The position numbers were made by a program, and so were the translations under genes. Shown piece after piece: positions 9,217-19,629 of a stretch of DNA of 64,000 nt. The stretch's first letter is position 1, and every line of letters begins with the position of its first letter. This stretch comes from a virus. The notes beneath the pieces are model-generated. The model ran no database searches, was not told the DNA's origin, and saw only the letters and a program-made list of their open reading frames with translations. The stretch spans positions 220,027 to 284,026 of IMG/VR virus record IMGVR_UViG_3300045988_173816; one strand, 5' to 3'.

Positions 9217-10035
9217 TTGAAGTCGTATTTATATCTATCTGATATTCACGCAAATTTTGAGGTATTAAAACAGTTGGAAACTTTACCAGAGTTCACAGAT
9301 GAGAATTGTGAAATTCGCTTTGGTGGTGACTATATTGACGGTTTCGAACTAAAACCAAATGCTACCTTAGATACCCTTCATTTTGTGAAGGGTTTGTGCG
9401 ATAATGGAAAAGCAAGAGCGATTGTAGGAAATCATGATATTTTCTTGTTAGATAGCGCTTTTCGTCCTTTTACGACTAATTGGTGGTGTTATAATGGTCG
9501 AGAGGAAACTCTTGCTAATTTGGGTATTCCTTTTGCTTCTGAGAGCGATTTAAGAGAGCAGTTGTTGTTTTACTTATATGATGAACTAGTTTGGTTGCGT
9601 TCCTTGCCTTATTATATAGAAGACGGTTCTAATATTCTAGTTCACGCAGGTTTTGAGTTAGATTTACCTTTGGACAAACAAGATACTGAGGGTATGGTTT
9701 GGACTCGTGAGTTTTACATTGACTCTTTAAACCATTTAACTGATGTAGATTTGCACCCAGACTTTAAAGGGAAAACAATTATTTCAGGACATACACCAAC
9801 TTGCACGATGAGTGAATACGAACACCCAGTTAATCCTTGTCAAATCTTGAAAGATAGTTTAGAATTGGATGGTAAACCTTTGATTACACGTTACTTTATT
9901 GATGGGGGTTCTAAGTCCGGTTCTGAGTTTTCTCGTATCAACTTATTAAAATTAGATGAAAATGGAAATGAAATTTGGCAAGGATATCTTAATGAGACAG
10001 GTTTTCATTTATACTCAGAGCCAACGAACGGGTAA
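9217..10035 (+). CDS. calcineurin-like metallophosphatase (PrpE/ApaH-type)
   Basis: YLSDIHAN, GGDYIDG, VGNHD, LVHAG and SGHTP motifs in canonical order. Confidence 0.75.
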   Translation: MKSYLYLSDIHANFEVLKQLETLPEFTDENCEIRFGGDYIDGFELKPNATLDTLHFVKGLCDNGKARAIVGNHDIFLLDSAFRPFTTNWWCYNGREETLANLGIPFASESDLREQLLFYLYDELVWLRSLPYYIEDGSNILVHAGFELDLPLDKQDTEGMVWTREFYIDSLNHLTDVDLHPDFKGKTIISGHTPTCTMSEYEHPVNPCQILKDSLELDGKPLITRYFIDGGSKSGSEFSRINLLKLDENGNEIWQGYLNETGFHLYSEPTNG

Positions 10036-10037
10036 CT

Positions 10038-10316
10038 TTGTTAGTAGAAAGTAGTGAAAAGAACATGAATACACACTCAAATTTATTAGGTTTTGACCTC
10101 GAAGGTAATTGGACTGGGATGGACTCTCAAACCTTGAGAGACTTTGCAGACTCTTTTATTGATGTAGTTAATTTTGTGAGTGAAGAAGCTATTGTCTCAG
10201 CTATTTCTGTAATGACTCTTTCCCTCATTTGGATAGGATATCCTCAAAACTGGGTGTATTCTGAGTTCAAAGTAGTTTTTGAAGGTTTACTTAGACGTTA
10301 CAACAGAGATTTATAA
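10038..10316 (+). CDS. hypothetical protein
   Basis: ORF-track ORF, tightly packed and co-oriented. Confidence 0.45.
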   Translation: MLVESSEKNMNTHSNLLGFDLEGNWTGMDSQTLRDFADSFIDVVNFVSEEAIVSAISVMTLSLIWIGYPQNWVYSEFKVVFEGLLRRYNRDL

Positions 10317-10339
10317 AAACAGAAAGAGTAGTTTAGACA

Positions 10340-10741
10340 ATGAAAACACCAATGATTTTAACCGACTTAGAAAAGTTGGTAACAGAGTATACTAGTAAAG
10401 ACCATAGTTCACAAGGTTTCAATTTCAAATCAAGTGAATTTGATTATGAGTGGGAAGTAAGCAAATTGAATTGGTACTTTTACTTTAACAGAGAAGATGC
10501 AGGTCTTTTTGCAGCCGATTTTCAAGTTGTTCGAGATTATGCTTACTTCCGTATCGAGTTCCCACTTTATCTTTATCGTGGCAGTGAATTTTGCTCAGAA
10601 GATTCAGAGGTGTTTAAAGATGTAGACTTGGAGTTTTCTTTCCGCAACGGTTGGCTCAAAATAACTACGATTGTAACTGAGGAAACAGACTTACACCATG
10701 TTTTTGATGTTCTGTTTTCTATTCTAAAAGACTATAATTAA
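10340..10741 (+). CDS. hypothetical protein
   Basis: ORF-track ORF, co-oriented, ATG start. Confidence 0.5.
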   Translation: MKTPMILTDLEKLVTEYTSKDHSSQGFNFKSSEFDYEWEVSKLNWYFYFNREDAGLFAADFQVVRDYAYFRIEFPLYLYRGSEFCSEDSEVFKDVDLEFSFRNGWLKITTIVTEETDLHHVFDVLFSILKDYN

Positions 10742-10756
10742 ACTGGAGATTATGAA

Positions 10757-11653
10757 ATGAAATTGTGTAAATCCACAGAGTGTTCAGATGGTTTAGTTTT
10801 TGATACAGTTGTGAATAAATTGGTTCCTTGTCCTTTGTGTGAGGAATTAAGAACAAAACAAGTTATTGAAGGTGTACAGTCGCAAGAAGGTGTAACTCAA
10901 GGTCTATCTGAGAAATTAGGTCTTCGAAGGGTATTCTCTCGTTTGTTTGTAGATTTAAAACAAGTGTTAGGAGACTTAACTACTGAGAGTTTAGATATTG
11001 AACAGTTTAACTCGATTGAAGATTCAATTGGAGCTTTAGTAGGTTCTCTGTCTCTAGGTAAGAAACCCAAAACTTCTGTCCTTTTTTACTTAGGTGTGCG
11101 AGCCGATATTGAAATGTTAGCCTTTTGGTTATTAGGTTCTGCTTATAAGGCTGGTTTGAGTGTTCATCCTTTTATCACACCGTTTCGTTTGCAGGGTATC
11201 AAACAAAAGCGTGAGGACTATGAAAACTTAATGTTGAGTGAAGTAGTGGTAATTGCTTATAGTCCTTCTATGCGTGAAGATGGTTATATGGTGGAGGACT
11301 TTGTAAGACAACGCGCTTTTGAAGGGAAATCTACTTATGTAATTTTGACTGATGGTTCTCAAATAAATAACGTTCTTCAACGGTTGGGTTCTGAGGATAG
11401 TTATTCACCTAGACAGTATTTGTATATCGGTATCCCTCGTCAGAATAGTACCGATGAAGAAAAAGTAGCAAGGACAAACCGAGTAATTCGTAATTCTAAT
11501 AAAGTGTTAGGTCTGAGTATGTCTGAGGTTACTTTAGATGAAGTTCAACCACAAAACAGTAATATTAAGAGCAAGTCTAAATCACAAAGTAAACGGACAA
11601 ATAAATCAGTTGCAACACTAAGTTCTTCTGAAGCTTCGTTATATAAACTTTAA
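10757..11653 (+). CDS. hypothetical protein with N-terminal Cys4 zinc-ribbon-like motif
   Basis: CKSTEC....CPLC near the N-terminus. No family recognised. Confidence 0.5.
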   Translation: MKLCKSTECSDGLVFDTVVNKLVPCPLCEELRTKQVIEGVQSQEGVTQGLSEKLGLRRVFSRLFVDLKQVLGDLTTESLDIEQFNSIEDSIGALVGSLSLGKKPKTSVLFYLGVRADIEMLAFWLLGSAYKAGLSVHPFITPFRLQGIKQKREDYENLMLSEVVVIAYSPSMREDGYMVEDFVRQRAFEGKSTYVILTDGSQINNVLQRLGSEDSYSPRQYLYIGIPRQNSTDEEKVARTNRVIRNSNKVLGLSMSEVTLDEVQPQNSNIKSKSKSQSKRTNKSVATLSSSEASLYKL

Positions 11654-11654
11654 T

Positions 11655-12869
11655 TTGCAATTAGGAAAGATAGGTAAGATTTTGGAATTAGTTAGAAGTA
11701 ATCAATCAGAGGTTCAAACAAGTAATGGTTATACGACTACCTTACTTGCACAAATCACCTTTGACTCACAAGATAAAACGAGTCGTATTGTAGAAGACCC
11801 TAATTTACATGGGGATGAAGTTTTTGTAAAGTTAGTCGTAGCACCAGGGAGTACAAATAACACTCCTAGTTCTTCTATTTCGTTGATTAGAAATGTAGTA
11901 GATGTAGCAAGTGGTTTAGAAAAACCGTTTTATGATACATACCCAGTTACGATTGCAGAAGATGGTTCAATATTGTTGGATTCAAGCTATTATTTAGAAG
12001 ATACGGCTTTGTTAACCGTTACTCCATTTATGGAAGAGTGGTTAAAAGAGCTTTATAGATTAGCTAGAGAGACTTTGGCTAGTATGTATTCAGAGAGTGT
12101 ATCTATTTCAGAAAGTTTGTCCTTATCTGAATCTGAGTCTTTGAGTATTTATCAATCTGAGTCTTTATCCGAGTCAGAAAGCTTGGCTTTTTCTGAGTCG
12201 CAAAGTATTTCAGAGTCGTTCTCTATGTCTACCTCTGCTTCTTTGGATAGTCATAGTCACAGTATGTCTACTTCGGTTTCAGAACATATAGCTAGTGTTT
12301 CCACTAGTGTTTCTAAGTCTTTATCTTTGATTGAGAGTGAAGCTTTACATTCACTCTCGGCATCTATGTCTGAACTAGCTTTAAGTGAAGAAACAAAAGT
12401 GTTTGATAGTCTTTCTGCTTATGCAGAGAGCGAGCGTTCTAGTTATGAAGTTTTAGAAAGTTTAGCTTTGCAGTTAGAACCTATTCGATTAGCTTATGAA
12501 TTAGGTGAGGTTTCTACAGGTGATTTGTTAGAGCAAATGAATCGAGAAGTTTCCTTACCTACCTTGAAGACAGATATTTCAAGTGCTTTAGATTATGAAG
12601 AAGAGTCTACGGAAGCTGTTGAGGGTATCCTTGTAGATGAAATCCTTGTAGATGAAGAAGATACACCAAGCTCTTCAAATTCTAAACCTAACCACGGGGG
12701 TTTGTTTAGTAGTTTGTTTGGTAAAAAACGAGATTCATATACTGATTTGGTTGCAAAAGAAACGAGTAAACAGATTAGTGCTGTAAATAGTCCTGCAAAT
12801 GTTTCGGTAAAACAACCTACTGAAATTGAAATTGGTGGGGGAGCTTATAAGATTGAGATTGAAGATTAG
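11655..12869 (+). CDS. hypothetical protein with central Ser/Glu-rich repeat region
   Basis: TTG start one nt after the upstream stop. Repeats SESLSLSESESLSIYQSESLSESESLAFSESQSISESFS. No signal peptide. Confidence 0.5.
   Translation: MQLGKIGKILELVRSNQSEVQTSNGYTTTLLAQITFDSQDKTSRIVEDPNLHGDEVFVKLVVAPGSTNNTPSSSISLIRNVVDVASGLEKPFYDTYPVTIAEDGSILLDSSYYLEDTALLTVTPFMEEWLKELYRLARETLASMYSESVSISESLSLSESESLSIYQSESLSESESLAFSESQSISESFSMSTSASLDSHSHSMSTSVSEHIASVSTSVSKSLSLIESEALHSLSASMSELALSEETKVFDSLSAYAESERSSYEVLESLALQLEPIRLAYELGEVSTGDLLEQMNREVSLPTLKTDISSALDYEEESTEAVEGILVDEILVDEEDTPSSSNSKPNHGGLFSSLFGKKRDSYTDLVAKETSKQISAVNSPANVSVKQPTEIEIGGGAYKIEIED
12090..12380 (+). repeat. coding low-complexity (S-E-S-L/V-S)n repeat
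   Basis: Iterated tct/tca-gag-tct-ttg units visible in the DNA and in the translation. Confidence 0.7.
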
Positions 12870-12902
12870 CTTTCTGCTTTTCTTCTTTTATTTAAAATAG
12901 TC

Positions 12903-12931
12903 TTGATTTATTGACTTTATTGTGTTATAAT
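12903..12931 (+). promoter_or_regulatory. SigA-type promoter (TTGATT-17-TATAAT, TG-extended)
   Basis: -35 at 12903-12908 and -10 at 12926-12931, preceded by TGT, in the 96-nt gap upstream of the 12966 gene. Confidence 0.6.
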
Positions 12932-12965
12932 AAACTTATTAAAAAAGAATGCGAGATATTTAAAA

Positions 12966-13904
12966 ATGAAAAAATTAACTTTGACAAAAGATCTAGTAGA
13001 GAAATATGCACCTTATGTTCGTATCACAACGGACTCTAAACCAAATGTAGGTTCTATTCGTGTAAGTAATAATAACTTCCGTTGGAGTGCTTCTAGTGAA
13101 GATTTTGAGTATTTGTTTGGTTTGTCTATTGTTATGATGGCTTACTCTTCAGATGTTGTAAATAAGATTAAAGAGAAATACGGTTTCAAACAACCTTACT
13201 TTGACTTCACATTTGAGGGGTATACTCCAATTGAGTTGGTTCAATTGGTTGAGTCTACAGTAGGTCGTAAACTACCTAAAGGTGGTCGTCCAAAACCTCA
13301 ATTTGCAAACTTTAAAGGTACTTTGATTGAGTATGGTACAAAACCACGTGAGGTTGGTTCAACTAAAAAGGATGAACAAGTGGATACTCCTAAAGTTGAG
13401 TCTATTGATGAAGCTAAAGGGTCAAAAACTTCTTCTAAGTCTAAACCTAAAGGTAAAGGTAAGTCTAAGTTAAAGAAGACTGAGGTAAAATCAAAAGAGT
13501 CCACAGAAGCGGTATCTGAGGTTGTAGCTTCAACTACTCAGGAGTCTAGTAAGGTTGTTGAATTCGAAGAGGTAGTTGTTCCTAAATCTGAAAGTGAGGG
13601 TTCAGACGTAGAGTCTGATCGATTTCCCGATTCAACTTCAACTGTGGAAACAGAGCATTTGGAAGTAACTGAAGTTGAAGAGGTGAATGTTCAAGAACTA
13701 TTAAATAATTTGGACACGTTGACTGCTGAGTTAGATAGTCTATCTAAAGAATTGGATGAACATAAGTCTAAAATTGAAGTTTTAGCAAATGAAAATAAAG
13801 TATTGAAAGAGAAGGTAGATACGGCTCTTAAAGGTGTATTCTCTGCTTTGCGTTATACACTTAAAGAGAGTTTTAATCGTCTTTTTGGTCGTAAACAGAA
13901 ATAA
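12966..13904 (+). CDS. hypothetical protein (Lys-rich linker, C-terminal coiled coil)
   Basis: ORF-track ORF downstream of its own promoter. KSKPKGKGKSKLKK stretch and an LNNLDTLTAELDSLSKELDEHKSKIEVL heptad-like segment. Confidence 0.55.
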   Translation: MKKLTLTKDLVEKYAPYVRITTDSKPNVGSIRVSNNNFRWSASSEDFEYLFGLSIVMMAYSSDVVNKIKEKYGFKQPYFDFTFEGYTPIELVQLVESTVGRKLPKGGRPKPQFANFKGTLIEYGTKPREVGSTKKDEQVDTPKVESIDEAKGSKTSSKSKPKGKGKSKLKKTEVKSKESTEAVSEVVASTTQESSKVVEFEEVVVPKSESEGSDVESDRFPDSTSTVETEHLEVTEVEEVNVQELLNNLDTLTAELDSLSKELDEHKSKIEVLANENKVLKEKVDTALKGVFSALRYTLKESFNRLFGRKQK

Positions 13905-13906
13905 GC

Positions 13907-14185
13907 TTGGTATACGTCATGTTTGCAGTTGTAGAATTGATTTTAACGAACAGTCAGAAGATTACATTGAGTGCTGGAGATCAAATTACGATTGGTGCAG
14001 TTGGTGAGGACTACAAAGGGAGTTGGTGTTGTTTATCAAAGACTTCAGATAGTTCTTACCTTCGAAGGTTTTTAATTGGAGTGCCAGATGATGCACTGAT
14101 TAGTGTCGGTCGTAATAGGGTATCCTTTAAGCGTTCTGAGGTTTTCTCAATTAAGGATGTAACTTCTAATTCTGATGAAAAGTAG
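13907..14185 (+). CDS. hypothetical protein
   Basis: ORF-track ORF, TTG start 2 nt after the upstream stop. Confidence 0.4.
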   Translation: MVYVMFAVVELILTNSQKITLSAGDQITIGAVGEDYKGSWCCLSKTSDSSYLRRFLIGVPDDALISVGRNRVSFKRSEVFSIKDVTSNSDEK

Positions 14186-14216
14186 CGAGAAATAGGTTGA
14201 TAAGGTGGATTGAAAA

Positions 14217-15041
14217 ATGGTACATCCCTATTATACAGAGAAGATACTTCCATTCTTGGAACAAAATAAAATTGTCAATAAGTTGGTGAAAACTCCTTTC
14301 TTTGGTACAGGTTTTGAGTTGAAGGAGTTAGCTAAGACCTTGAGAGCAGATGAAGAAATTCGCTATATTACTGCTTGTAAAAGTGGTGAAGCACGAGTTT
14401 TAGTTTGTGTTACCAATTTGCGCTTGCATATTTTGGATAAAGGTTTAATTTTAAATAAATATCAATTAACTGTAAACTTACCTCAGATTGCAAGTGTGCA
14501 AAGAGGTAGAGGTATCTTCTTTGGTTCTGTGGTTATTTCAGTCTTAGGTTTTGATGATAATATTTACCTTACTGATTTTTGGGGTAAGGACACCGAAGAC
14601 TTTCAACGAATTTTGCAAGATGCCATAACTGATTATGGTTTGGGTCGTAGTCAATTCACTCAATCTAATTATTATCAACCAAATATAGATTTCAGTGTAT
14701 ATCCAACTAGAGAGGAAATAGCTTCAATGGATCAAGATTATAGACGCAACAATTACCAAATGAATAACCCAGCCTATAATTATTTAACTGGAGAACCTTT
14801 TACAGAAGCAGAACTATTAGAGATGGGTCTTGACCGTTTTGGTCAACCTTTGGAAAAGAAACAAGCGCCTAGTCAAACTCAAGCTCAACCTAGTCGAAGT
14901 GTTTCAAGACCAACTCAACCTAGGGTATCTCAAAATCAACGACAGTCTTTGCAACCTAGAGTTCCAAGACCTCCAAAGGATGTTTCAAATATGACGACAC
15001 AAGAAAAGTTTGATGCGCTTGAACGTGGTGGTTGGTTTTAA
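14217..15041 (+). CDS. bacterial PH-domain-like protein with Q/P-rich tail
   Basis: EEIRYITACKSGEARVLVCVTNLRLHILDKG...IASVQRGRGIFFGSVVISV resembles bPH/YokE-like PH domains (recollection). Confidence 0.45.
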   Translation: MVHPYYTEKILPFLEQNKIVNKLVKTPFFGTGFELKELAKTLRADEEIRYITACKSGEARVLVCVTNLRLHILDKGLILNKYQLTVNLPQIASVQRGRGIFFGSVVISVLGFDDNIYLTDFWGKDTEDFQRILQDAITDYGLGRSQFTQSNYYQPNIDFSVYPTREEIASMDQDYRRNNYQMNNPAYNYLTGEPFTEAELLEMGLDRFGQPLEKKQAPSQTQAQPSRSVSRPTQPRVSQNQRQSLQPRVPRPPKDVSNMTTQEKFDALERGGWF

Positions 15042-15081
15042 TTAGATTAAACTAAAAATTAGAGAGGAGACGTTGTCATAA

Positions 15082-16674
15082 GTGTTTGAAGATAAAGAGC
15101 TTTGGGAGTTGATGTCTGAAGCAGAAGATACTGAGTCTGCTTATGTGTCAGATATTACACCTTCTGAGATTTCAGATAAAAGCCCAGAGGTTCAACTTGA
15201 ATATTATGAAAATCAAGTGATGGGGTATCTTCTTAGGGATTTCGACTCTCTAAGAGGTCAGATGGGGCGCTTGCAGAACGATTATTTCCGCAATGAGAAT
15301 TATGTGCTTTATTCTATGTTGAAGAAAGTACAGATGGAAAGAGGTTTGTTGCTTGATTTAGACTACTTGAAAGTTTACTTGCAAGCAAACGCTTCTGAGA
15401 TTGCGCAAGATACTGACCGTATTCAATTTGAATCTTATGTAAGTGAAGGTTCAACTGCTATTGAAGGTTTATTAGTTTCGGTAGTAGAGGTTTACCAAAA
15501 ATATCGTAATCCTTCCTTCTTGAAAGAACCAACTTTTGAAGATGCTTTAACTCGTTTTAAATTGGTTTATGCTAAATTAGCATTTAACGATTCTTTGCAA
15601 CAGGCTTCGATTGCACTTACTAACCCTATTCGTTCGCAGAGAAAAACATTCTTTGGTATCGAAGGTGCACTTGATTTCCTTTCACAGAAAGTAAATAGTA
15701 TTAAGGCTTCCCTAGGTAAAGAGAACTCTTACCAATTGGTTTGTGCATCTGATATTGACTTTGAAGAGGAAGAATCTCGTAGACCTACTTTACTTTCCAA
15801 CTTGCAACACTTACCAACTTTGAGTGAGACTATTGGAGGTATTTACACCAATACTTTTGCAGTCTTTGCAGCACCAGAAAAGGGGATGAAGTCAAAATTT
15901 GCAGTTCGCTTGTCTCATGAAATTCTCTTAAATGGTTTTGGTATTTGTTTTTGGGGTAAGGAAGGTGGAGCTGGAAAGGTAATGGCTGAGTTGCGTGCAA
16001 CTCACTTTGATTACTACTACAACGTACAAAGAGGTCAAAACTACGAAAAGATTGCTGGTATCGACATTCAACGTGGTACTTTAGATAGTTCTGTTGCAGA
16101 GTTAGAAAAAATTTCTCGTATGGACTTGGTAAGTAACCCAAATTATGGTAAAATATATTTACCAGATTATCCGTTTGAGTTGGAATCGGTTGAAACGGTT
16201 CTCCGAGTTGCAGCAGAGGAAAAAGAGTGTAAGTTTGTTGTCATTGACTACGCACAAGCGATGGATAGCAGTCAATACCCAGATAAGAAAACCATGTTAG
16301 AGAAATTGTCTATACGTTTAGAGACTTTGAAAGGGTTGTTGGACATTTGTGTTTGGCTACCTTCTCAGTTAGCGACTGATGTTATTCAAGACTTAGGTAA
16401 GGGTATCCACCGTGAGTTGCGAAATGTTACGGCTGACTCGAAAGAGTTGACAAAATCGGCAGACTTAAACTTAATGTTGTATACAAATGATGCTATGTCT
16501 GCAAAGAATATAGCGAAAATGTACTTACTTCCTTCACGTTTAGCCGGAGAAATGGCTCCAATTTCAGTTTTTACGGATAAAGTGGCAAATAATGTGATTG
16601 AGATGAAAGACCAAGTGATAGAAATGCGGAACGGTGAAGCTGTCGTCTTGGACGTTGAGGATATAAATGTCTAA
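15082..16674 (+). CDS. DnaB-like replicative helicase
   Basis: Walker-A-like AAPEKGMKSKFA (cf. ARPGMGKTAF) and KFVVIDYAQAM (cf. DnaB VIDYLQLM). Confidence 0.6.
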   Translation: MFEDKELWELMSEAEDTESAYVSDITPSEISDKSPEVQLEYYENQVMGYLLRDFDSLRGQMGRLQNDYFRNENYVLYSMLKKVQMERGLLLDLDYLKVYLQANASEIAQDTDRIQFESYVSEGSTAIEGLLVSVVEVYQKYRNPSFLKEPTFEDALTRFKLVYAKLAFNDSLQQASIALTNPIRSQRKTFFGIEGALDFLSQKVNSIKASLGKENSYQLVCASDIDFEEEESRRPTLLSNLQHLPTLSETIGGIYTNTFAVFAAPEKGMKSKFAVRLSHEILLNGFGICFWGKEGGAGKVMAELRATHFDYYYNVQRGQNYEKIAGIDIQRGTLDSSVAELEKISRMDLVSNPNYGKIYLPDYPFELESVETVLRVAAEEKECKFVVIDYAQAMDSSQYPDKKTMLEKLSIRLETLKGLLDICVWLPSQLATDVIQDLGKGIHRELRNVTADSKELTKSADLNLMLYTNDAMSAKNIAKMYLLPSRLAGEMAPISVFTDKVANNVIEMKDQVIEMRNGEAVVLDVEDINV

Positions 16675-18079
16675 GTTTGAAATATGTGTGAGTGTCGAGG
16701 ATTTAGCGCAGTTCTTTAAGGTGTCTGAGGACTATGTTCGTTCTCAGGCTCAGTATGAAGTCATGAAAGTAAAAGGGGATTTAGAAGTTATTTCTAAAGA
16801 GACTTACCCACGATTAAGTAAGGTGTTGTTTTCACAAGCACCTTCTTTGTGCGTTTATACTTTGGAGTCTGTGACTGGGGTTTTGAAGTCTATTTATGAT
16901 AAGCGTGAATTTATAGATAAGTTTTTAGATTCTGAACCTAAGTCTATTGTGAAAGATTTATTCACAGGAGTATTGTATTATTGGTCAGATAGTATTATTT
17001 CTGAGTATTATCAGTTTGTAAAAGACTTACAAAAGCAATTATTATTTACATTAGAGAAGGTTGCTTTAGATTTTGATTTAGAACCCGTTCAACTCTATTC
17101 TTTGATACGTTACCTAGATTTACGTTTAGTTCCGTTGGTGGGTTCTAAAACTCAGCGCAAGGTTTATATTTTACCTAGTGTAACTTATGCTACTATTTGT
17201 GCTTATTTAACTCAAAATCAGTTAGTTGATTTGACTTTAACTGAGAGAGGTCGTTTAACTTCTATGGGAGTTAAACCAGAATATGTTAAAAGTGCAGGTA
17301 CGTTTTTAAATAAAACAGTCTTGGACTATTTAAGGAGTTCAAACTCTCAAGGTTCGGTTGAAATTGAAGGTAAATTTTATGTTCCTTACACGACATTTTT
17401 AGCACAACTAGGTTTGAAACCTATGGATATTTCTAGTGGGTTGAAAACTTTGTTAGTGGATACTTCGGTATCTGAGGGTGAATTTGTTTCTTATGATTTT
17501 GTTCGAGAGGTTGACACCTATAAACAGAACAATGCAGCTTTAGATATTCGGTTGTGTTTACTTTGTTGTTTAGATTTATTAGATAAAGATACGGCTTTAA
17601 CATTGATTTCTAGCTATGAGTTTAGAGGGTACTATAATCAAATTTTATCTCGTAAATTTGTACCTCTAAGCAAGTCTAGTTATAAGTATGTTGCAGAAAA
17701 TTCTAAACCTTTAGTGTGTCAACAGTTACAGTTACCTTTTTATTCCAAAGAATTATTTTTACAGACTCTACGTGTTGTAGTAAGAGGTTTACCACTAGAC
17801 ACTACCTACACAGGGTATCTAAGTGTTTATCGTCTTGCTGAGTTTTTAACACAGTCAAGTGAAACTTATAAAGTACCTATATTTTTAACTAAACGTGATA
17901 GTGGATTTGAGGTTGCAGCCAATAAGAAGAGTTGGAACTCTTTAATTTCTGTCTCTTCAAGTATTATTCTAGCACCAGAGTCTTTAGTTTCCGAGGGTTT
18001 GTTACAAGCTTATTATGATTGGGAAACTAAGGAATATGAGTATATTAGTAAAGGGGTTGAGGAAATTTTAAATGGTTAA
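16667..18079 (+). CDS. hypothetical protein
   Basis: 470-aa ORF overlapping the upstream gene by 8 nt. Confidence 0.55.
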   Translation: MSKFEICVSVEDLAQFFKVSEDYVRSQAQYEVMKVKGDLEVISKETYPRLSKVLFSQAPSLCVYTLESVTGVLKSIYDKREFIDKFLDSEPKSIVKDLFTGVLYYWSDSIISEYYQFVKDLQKQLLFTLEKVALDFDLEPVQLYSLIRYLDLRLVPLVGSKTQRKVYILPSVTYATICAYLTQNQLVDLTLTERGRLTSMGVKPEYVKSAGTFLNKTVLDYLRSSNSQGSVEIEGKFYVPYTTFLAQLGLKPMDISSGLKTLLVDTSVSEGEFVSYDFVREVDTYKQNNAALDIRLCLLCCLDLLDKDTALTLISSYEFRGYYNQILSRKFVPLSKSSYKYVAENSKPLVCQQLQLPFYSKELFLQTLRVVVRGLPLDTTYTGYLSVYRLAEFLTQSSETYKVPIFLTKRDSGFEVAANKKSWNSLISVSSSIILAPESLVSEGLLQAYYDWETKEYEYISKGVEEILNG

Positions 18080-18737
18080 ACAACAGTTTACAAAAGAGAT
18101 ATTAGATCAATTTGTAGAAGATTTCTACGACCTCTTTATGGAGGGTATTTTAGAGTTTACGAATAAGTACACAATTGTATATAAAGAAGAGTTAAACAGT
18201 AGTGAAGCTCGTTCGGTGATTGATTTAGGTTTGGCTTATGATTGGTTATGGATTGCTGAGATTGAAGGGACTCCACTTGTTTATATTGAAGTTGTGGATT
18301 TAGTAGTTCAAGAGTGTCTATTAGTTCACTATACAAAACAGTTGGGGTATTCAGATTTGCAAGCTGAAACTACAATCAAAGAGTTGAAAGATTTATATTT
18401 AGCTGAAGTGGTGCGTTTTTTGCACGAGTTGACGAATTTGATTGGTGAACAAGATAATTTGAGATCTTTTGCAGTTGCAAGTTTAGTAGATGAGCATCAT
18501 TTACGTTTAGATAAAAAGTTGGTTCCTACTTTCCATTTATCTTTAACTGAGATGTTTAAATTGTTGGAAAGTTTACAACTTCGTCCTTATGGTTTTTGGG
18601 AGGGTCAAGAACATCATCAGTTCAAAGAACCTAAAGGGTATTTCGAAAAACCTCTTAAGGGTGTTCGTGTAGATGAGTTAGTTTCTGCAATTTTTATCAG
18701 AGGTGTTTATCCAAAAAGAAAGTCGGTGCATGATTAG
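18072..18737 (+). CDS. hypothetical protein
   Basis: ORF-track ORF, 8-nt overlap with the upstream gene. Confidence 0.5.
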   Translation: MVKQQFTKEILDQFVEDFYDLFMEGILEFTNKYTIVYKEELNSSEARSVIDLGLAYDWLWIAEIEGTPLVYIEVVDLVVQECLLVHYTKQLGYSDLQAETTIKELKDLYLAEVVRFLHELTNLIGEQDNLRSFAVASLVDEHHLRLDKKLVPTFHLSLTEMFKLLESLQLRPYGFWEGQEHHQFKEPKGYFEKPLKGVRVDELVSAIFIRGVYPKRKSVHD

Positions 18738-19006
18738 TGAGTTATGAATATTCTAAATTGAAACAACCTTATTTGTTAGATATTTTGGAGTCTTATGTAG
18801 GTTCTAGGGAAATAACTTTCTTAGAAGGTTCAGAATCTACTATGCTTTACATTGGTGACTCTATGTTATTTTTAATAACAGATGGTTTTGTGCAATATGT
18901 TAGTGGTGCTCCGAGTCATTTATCGAGACGCAATATAGATATGATTAGAGATAAGGTACAGTCAGCAGTTACTTTGTATTGTACAGTAGTAGGTGGTTCT
19001 ACATGA
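18737..19006 (+). CDS. hypothetical protein
   Basis: ORF-track ORF. Its GTG start overlaps the upstream stop. Confidence 0.4.
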   Translation: MSYEYSKLKQPYLLDILESYVGSREITFLEGSESTMLYIGDSMLFLITDGFVQYVSGAPSHLSRRNIDMIRDKVQSAVTLYCTVVGGST

Positions 19007-19629
19007 TTGGTACTTCAAGAGTAAAAAGACGAACGGTTAAAGCTTCTTACCGTCAGTTAGAAGAGCAGTTGCTTTATCATAGAAACTTTATGGGTCATTA
19101 TGATATAACCATTTCAAACTATTGGGATGTGGTTGTTTGCAAACATCAACCTAGATATTCTAGTTACAGATTTAGTGCTGGTAATAGTCGTGTCGTTTGT
19201 CCTTTCCATGAGGATTTGAAACCCTCCCTCGGTATCGTCAAAGATGGTGAAACTGGCATTGAAATTTTTAACTGCTTTGGTTGTGGTGTAAAAGGTACAA
19301 TTATTGGTTTTCATAAGTTGTTTGCAGAGCAATACTTAGGAGAGCGGTATCCGAATGGTTTTGGCTACTTACAAAGTTTAGCTAAACTATACGGTATTGA
19401 ACTAAGTGATACTATTGTAGAGGTTCAAGAAGAGAAGTCTAAATTTGACTTTTCAAAAGCTCCACCTTATACAGTTGCTATTCATAGAGAAAATGTGGAG
19501 ACTTTAAAAGAGAAGTTCAACCAAGGTTCTTTATCTCTAAATGGATTGAAAGAGCAGTTGACCTTAATTACCAATAAGGTTCTCGAAGTAAAATCGTCTA
19601 AGAAAAGTACAGAAGGAGGAACAGTTTAA
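18979..19629 (+). CDS. DnaG-type CHC2 zinc-finger (primase zinc-binding domain) protein without a recognisable TOPRIM domain
   Basis: CPFHEDLKPSLGI...FNCFGCGVKGTIIGF matches the CHC2 zinc-binding motif CPFH..K.PS......CFGCG. Confidence 0.6.
   Translation: MYSSRWFYMIGTSRVKRRTVKASYRQLEEQLLYHRNFMGHYDITISNYWDVVVCKHQPRYSSYRFSAGNSRVVCPFHEDLKPSLGIVKDGETGIEIFNCFGCGVKGTIIGFHKLFAEQYLGERYPNGFGYLQSLAKLYGIELSDTIVEVQEEKSKFDFSKAPPYTVAIHRENVETLKEKFNQGSLSLNGLKEQLTLITNKVLEVKSSKKSTEGGTV

Noticed and set aside
8836-11194. Motif-free gaps (8836-11194, 35298-37197, 22531-24001, 17820-19230) as evidence for recently acquired modules
   Set aside because: With about 110 sites and a mean gap near 580 bp, a few gaps of 1.4-2.4 kb are expected even under random placement. 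Only the tnpB-only IS gap has independent support (mobile-element content), so the others are not reported as islands.
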